This document shows positions 58,744 to 64,000 of a DNA stretch of 64,000 nt, one piece after another. The notes beneath the pieces are model-generated. The model did not search any database. It was not told the origin of the DNA and saw only the letters and a program-made list of their open reading frames with translations. Numbering within the stretch: position 1 is the stretch's first letter; every line of letters begins with the position of its first letter. The position numbers and the translations under genes are program-made. This DNA is from Bilabrum cf. latius (taxonomy: Eukaryota), in the NCBI GenBank assembly GCA_965178125.1, contig OZ237743.1, forward strand, positions 496,001 through 560,000. The letters are read 5' to 3'.

Positions 58744-61700
58744 ATGTTCACTTGGCGGAGCTGCGGAGGACCTGCACTTGGAACATCCCTCTATGTCCTT
58801 GCAGCCATAGTATGGACAGCTCAAGGGCAGGATTATTCAACTTTCATGACGATCTCTGGCATATCTCCGACGTAAGTTGGTTGCGCCTGCGTCTTTGTGA
58901 ATCTGAAGTGATGCAGGCGTTCACTCGAGCATACCGCCACCTGTTTTGAAGGGTGATCCCTAGCGCCTCACCTTACGAATCTCACCTTACGTATACAAAT
59001 GATTCATACTTGACCATAATTGTGCCGCAGGAGGGGCTCTGTTGCTGGAGGGACCAGGGTCACGATCACAGGCTCGGGCTTCAACTTGGACGGCCGGGAA
59101 GGCTCCCTAGCAGTGTACTTTGGGTCTACGGCAGCACAATGCGAAAGTTACTATCAGACGGATAGGCAGCTTGTCTGCTATTCGCCTTCCAGCCCAAGCC
59201 TACGTTCAGGATGGCAAACAATTTCGATTTCTGCCGTGGCGGTCGACCGAGGTATTCAAGCCAGGTGTGACAGCGGAAACTGCAAGTTCTATTTCGACGC
59301 GAACTACCGGCACACGCCACATGTTCGTGACATAACACTCGGGGGGAGCGCGGGGGATGTGTTCAAGTACAGTGGGAATCTGCAGACTAGAGATTTTGAG
59401 CAGCACAGCGCGAGGGTGGGCGGATTCAACTGCGACGTGACAGAAGACCTAAATGCAGACCCTGATCTGATCTTGCAGTATAATGGAGCGCTTGGGACTG
59501 TATCATGCAGAGTGTCCGACGAGATGGAACCGGGACGGCACAACGTCTCCATTGTCACGAGCGGCGAAGGAGGAGCAGCCGTGCAGTATCGCCGCACCAA
59601 GCAGGCCGACCCCCTCACGGGAGAGGTGTGGCACTTCACATCGCATCCATCGGTACATTCATTGAGCGTCTCGTCCACCGGCACGCGCGGAGGGGCTCTG
59701 ATTCGACTCGAAGGCACCAACTTTGCTCGCAAACCGATGCATAACAACGTCGAGCTCGCTGGTGTCCCCTGCGACGTGACGGCGGCAGCTCTGGACGGAA
59801 CCTGGGTCGAGTGCACCACCGGAGAGTACAACCAGTCGGCGAATGCCGCGCCCGAAACCGCGGGACGTGCCCCTGCTTCGCCCCTGCCAGCCGCGATGAC
59901 CGGCTCGGCGCCGGGGCTGGAGCTCGTGGCCGGTGGTCGGGGCTGGACTCGCAGGGCGTACAGCAGCTATTCATACCGGCCCTCCGACCTCATTGAATCC
60001 GTCCCACCCGCCCTCGAAGCCGGCCAGATGGCCCACCTCCTCTCCTCTGACGAGATGCATCGCACGGGCTTCCAGTGGGAGGGCCTGTTCGAGGCCCCTC
60101 ACAGCGGCTGGTACACCTTCAAGTTCACCAGGGTGGACGATGACGCCTGGATGTACCTCTCTGACGACGAGTCGCCCGACAACCTCCGCCAGATTGCCAC
60201 CATGCCGTGGACCTCCACAGACGAGTTCCGGTACCCGGGGCAAAGATCCGACCCCATCCGGCTGGAGCGAGGGGAGCGCCGGTTCTGCCGGGTGCAGCTG
60301 TGGGAGTACGGCGGGAAGGAGTACGTTTCCGTTGGCGCCGAGGTCGAGCTGGACGAGGACGTTCGGATCCACCCCACGGCGCTGGCGCACCGGGGCGTGT
60401 TTGAGGTGCAGGAGATCAAGCTGTCGACGGACGTGCAGAGGGAGGTGCACAGGATCGAGGTGAGGGCGCCGGAAGGCAGCAGCTGGAGGCTCAAGGTGCT
60501 GGGCAGCGACGGGAACGAGTACAGCAGTGCCGCGCTGAAGCATGACGCGAGCCATTACGACGTCCAGAACGCCTATCAGGCCACTCGTGACGGAGACAAC
60601 AACGTCGCAAGCGGCTGCTACGGCATCCTCGTGTCCCGGGACGAGCTGGTCGCTGACGACAGCAGGCAGCTACTGGCAGGGCACCGATATGACATCACCC
60701 TGCGGTGCGCAACGGCATCCAGCTGGAGACCCGTGCGGCCGGAGGCCATGCCCGGGTCACCTCCCATGCATGTGTTCCCCGAGGGCAAGGGCAGCAGGGC
60801 TGGCGTTGTGCAGGGTGCCTCGGAGCCTCTGTCCGGTTCTTTCCGCATCTCGATCGACGGCGTGCAGTCTGAGCCGCTGGGCTTCGACGCCGGGAACTAC
60901 GACGTGGAGCAGGCTCTGCTGGGCATGCCCGGAATCCACAAGGTGGTGGTGAGCAGGTATGCGGAGCCCATGGACGGCTCCTCGTGGAGAATTACTTTCT
61001 TGGGGCCCCATGCGATTGACGTGCCCGATATTCTCGTGGATGGCGCTGGGTTGCTCACAGGCACGAACCGCAGCGCAACTTGTGCCACTCTGCGCCACGG
61101 GTCCAACAGATCCATCGACTATGATCCCATTCCGGGTGATTTCATGCGGGCCTAGCTGCGGGTGCCGCTTCGATTTCGCAAGGGTGGATCGGTTGCAGTG
61201 AATGGCTCCTATGCCGCGCAGGCTGGGCAAGGGGACGCCAATCGCACGGGGGTGCACATTGGCGCCGTGGTAGTCAGGTCCAATGGGGTGCTCGCAGCGT
61301 GCGAGTCGCACAGCGCACAGGTAAACGAATCGACGGGGGCCATGCTAGGGGCCTAGGGTTGTCTGTTCTCGTACGATGCCTCGATGACCCCGAGCATTGC
61401 AAGCGTGTCACTGCTCGGGGGCGCCTCCAGCGCATCTCCCGGAAGCAAGCTCCTCATCCAAGGGACGGGGTTTGTTCCGCACGACCGAGAAAGCGGTCTA
61501 GATCCGCAAGCACGAACTATGGTCCGGTTTGGCACTGCCGAATGTACTGTGGACACATCAACGGCTACGCAGATCACGTGCACCATGCAGGGCGGCTCAG
61601 CCGGAAGCTTCCTTCCAGAGGTCACTGTTGGCATGGGTAGGGGCAGGGCTCTGGTGGAGCCAGCTGTCATTCCCGTACAGATCGAGGCATCCGTGGACTC

Positions 61701-64000
61701 TGTGTCCCCGTCTTTTGGCTCCTCCGCTGGAGGCGCCCTGCTCACCATCAAAGGCAGCGGGTTCTTGCCGCTCGAGTATGACAGCGAGCTCGTGGGGTCA
61801 TATACGCAGAGTGTCGCCGAGCAGCAGGTTGTGATTGGAGGCAAAACGTGCATTGCACTGCAAGCAAGCGCTTCGGAGATCGTCTGCGTCGCGCCTGACC
61901 TGACCCTCTCAGCCGGGGCCTCAGTGAACGTGTCGGTCGGTGCGGCCAACCTCGCCGGTGGCTACACCCCTCGGGCGGATCGGACGCCATCTGTCGATTC
62001 CATGTTGCCCACCCAGCTGCCGTCCGCCGACACAGGTGATGTCCAGCTGCAGCTGAGTGGTCTCCCGACGGGGGCTGCTGCTGCCAACTTGTCAGTCTCG
62101 TTCGGGTCCAGAGAGTGCCGCGTCCTGTCGCTGTCACCGGCAGGTCTCGTGACCTGCGAGCTGATCCGCGCACTTCCATTGCAGATGCCTCAGACCGCGG
62201 TGCTACCCTTGGTGTACGTGTCCAACTGGGGATACGCACAGGTCGATGAAACCGATGTTGGGGGAGGTCTTGACACTGGCTTCCGGATCGACGGCCTATC
62301 TGCATCCTCCGGCGGGATGGCTGGCGGCGCCACGGTGACCATCACCGGCCATGGGTTTGGGTCATCGGTGACTGCAAATGATGTGCAGTTCCGCAGCTCT
62401 GGAAACAACGAGACCGGAACTATCACGATCGGCTGCGACGTCCAGAACGTGAGCGACGCGCAAATCGTGTGTCAAACTCGGAGCGTGGCTCCAGCTCTTG
62501 CAGCCTCAGCTGGTAGAAGCACTGATGCGCAGCTTTCAGCGGACCTTTCGGGCGAATGGGTCGTGTCGAGAAACGGCATTCAAGCCCAGTCAGCATGCGG
62601 TGGTTCGGCAACGGAGGGCCCTTGCAGCTATACGTTCCGAGCCAGTGAGACGCCGCAGATCCACGGCGTTGTCTTCAACGCCACGGGCATGAAGCTGACT
62701 GTAACGGGATCAGGATTCAGTGTCTCTGCTGGTAGTATGACCGTCAGCGTTGGCGAGGAGGAGTGTGCGTTGCTCGCTTCGCCTCGTGCGTTGGGCGACT
62801 CTAGCTCGCTGGAGTGTCTGGTCCCTGCTGTTCCAGCCGGAACATACCCAGTTCGAGTGCGAGTCGAAGGCAAAGGCTTCGCAAATGCGTCCTCGACTAG
62901 TCCTCCCGAGATCATCGTGCCTCTGCTGGTGACCAGCATCCAGCCGTCAACCGGCTCTAGCCAGGGCGGGCAGCGCGTGGTTGTCCACGGCTCCGGCTTT
63001 GCCACCGGTCCTCGTGCAGGCGAGCTCAACGTCGTTCAGTTCATCGGGAGCGAGCTCGGGAGTTCCAGCACCAAGGCCGCCCGGGTGCTTGTGCAAGGGG
63101 GCGACGCGCCCACCAGCACGCGCCTAGTGATTGTGACCCCGGCATTCAACAACGCGCCGGGTCCCATGTCTGCCGACGTCCGAGTGAGGGTGCTATCCGA
63201 CTCGAGCCAAGGCTCATCAGCGGATGGGGTGCAGCAGGAGTGGCAGGAAGCCATGGTCTCACGGGCGCACACAACGGATGTGATTGACACGGCTGCAACG
63301 CCGCATCTAGAGGGCGTCACGCCTGAAAACGGGGAGGATGGTACGGCCATCACGCTCGCAGGGGCTGGGTTTGAGTCCACCATGCCTGCAGGGAGCAGCG
63401 TGTCAGTGGGCGGTGCATCTTGCAACGTGACAGCTTGGAGCGACACGAGCATTTCGTGCTCGCTGCGGCAAGTCAGAGCCGGGGTCCACCTGCCTAAGGT
63501 CACCGTGGGGGGGAAGGGCCTTGCGTTTCCACTCGATATTGTCACGTTCACCGCGTCGCATGCTGTCACTGGCATGGACGGTGCTGCGACGGGGTACGGC
63601 GGCGGCGCTACTGTCGAGCTGCGTGGCAAGGGCTTCCCCGCAGTGACACGAGCTGAAGCGAGCGCCGCCTACGCCCTGAGAGACGAGCTCATCGCCCAGG
63701 GCCGTCCTTTCGCAGCCGCCGTCGAGCCGCTTCCCAGCGTCGACGTATGCGGCCAATCGTGCGAGGTCATCGAAAGCACGTATAATGCAATTTCGTGCAA
63801 GGCACCGGCCTTGCTGAACGCGCAGGCCCTCTCGCAATTCAATGCCGAGGTGCCAAGGGTGCTGACTGTGCAGGGGGAATTCGCGGATGGCGAGCTGCTA
63901 GAGGAATCTATGAGCAGCCCAAGCAACGCGATGGACGGCGATGTCGCCACAACGGCTGCATCCAATTCTGCCGGCTGCCACATCGGGATGGACCTAGGGC
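58744..64000 (+). CDS. Fibrocystin-L (PKHD1L1)-like surface protein with multiple IPT/TIG repeats and a PA14 domain; partial, exon 1 58744-58871, exon 2 from 59031
   Basis: Signal peptide; splicing yields ISGISPTRGSVAGGTRVTITGSGF (IPT/TIG). PA14-like WEGLFEAPHSGWYTF..VDDDAWMYLS. Further SVSPSFGSSAGGALLTIKGSGF-type repeats follow TAGs at 61153 and 61354. Apparently open to the window end. Confidence 0.85.

Noticed and set aside
996-61356. Interpreting the TAG-interrupted genes as pseudogenes or sequencing errors
   Set aside because: The interruptions are only TAG, never TAA/TGA or frameshifts. They affect conserved housekeeping genes (RPP30, PUS3) and are shared between the duplicated paralogs.

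Overview
GC-rich, gene-dense, intron-poor eukaryotic (protist) nuclear DNA. The style resembles a Cafeteria-like bicosoecid stramenopile, but that is inference only. The main result is a non-standard nuclear genetic code: the fragmented ORF track reassembles into about 18 intact genes if TAG is read as a sense codon. A hand tally gives about 100 in-frame TAGs, several upstream of indispensable conserved motifs, while every gene end I could trace is TAA or TGA. A TAG/CAG swap between near-identical tandem paralogs and a TAG abutting a (CAG)20 tract point to UAG=Gln with UAA still a stop. Genes: giant 7TM GPCR-like protein, CBS protein, SENP8, RPP30, two tandem FkbM-like methyltransferases, a selenocysteine-lyase/NifS-AlaX editing-domain fusion, a PDZ/PH coiled-coil protein, an F-box-like protein, RPS14, an S6K/RSK-like AGC kinase with a PAM2-like motif, a DUF268 methyltransferase-like protein, a 6TM K+ channel, PUS3, a WD40 protein, an inverted pair of cathepsin L-like genes, SRP receptor alpha and a fibrocystin-L-like IPT/TIG protein. 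Mobile DNA: a 5'-truncated RLE-type (CRE-like) non-LTR retroelement that itself uses TAG as sense and is bounded by (TTCC)n, plus short C-rich insertions at the tandem-duplication junction. All coordinates and translations were derived by hand.
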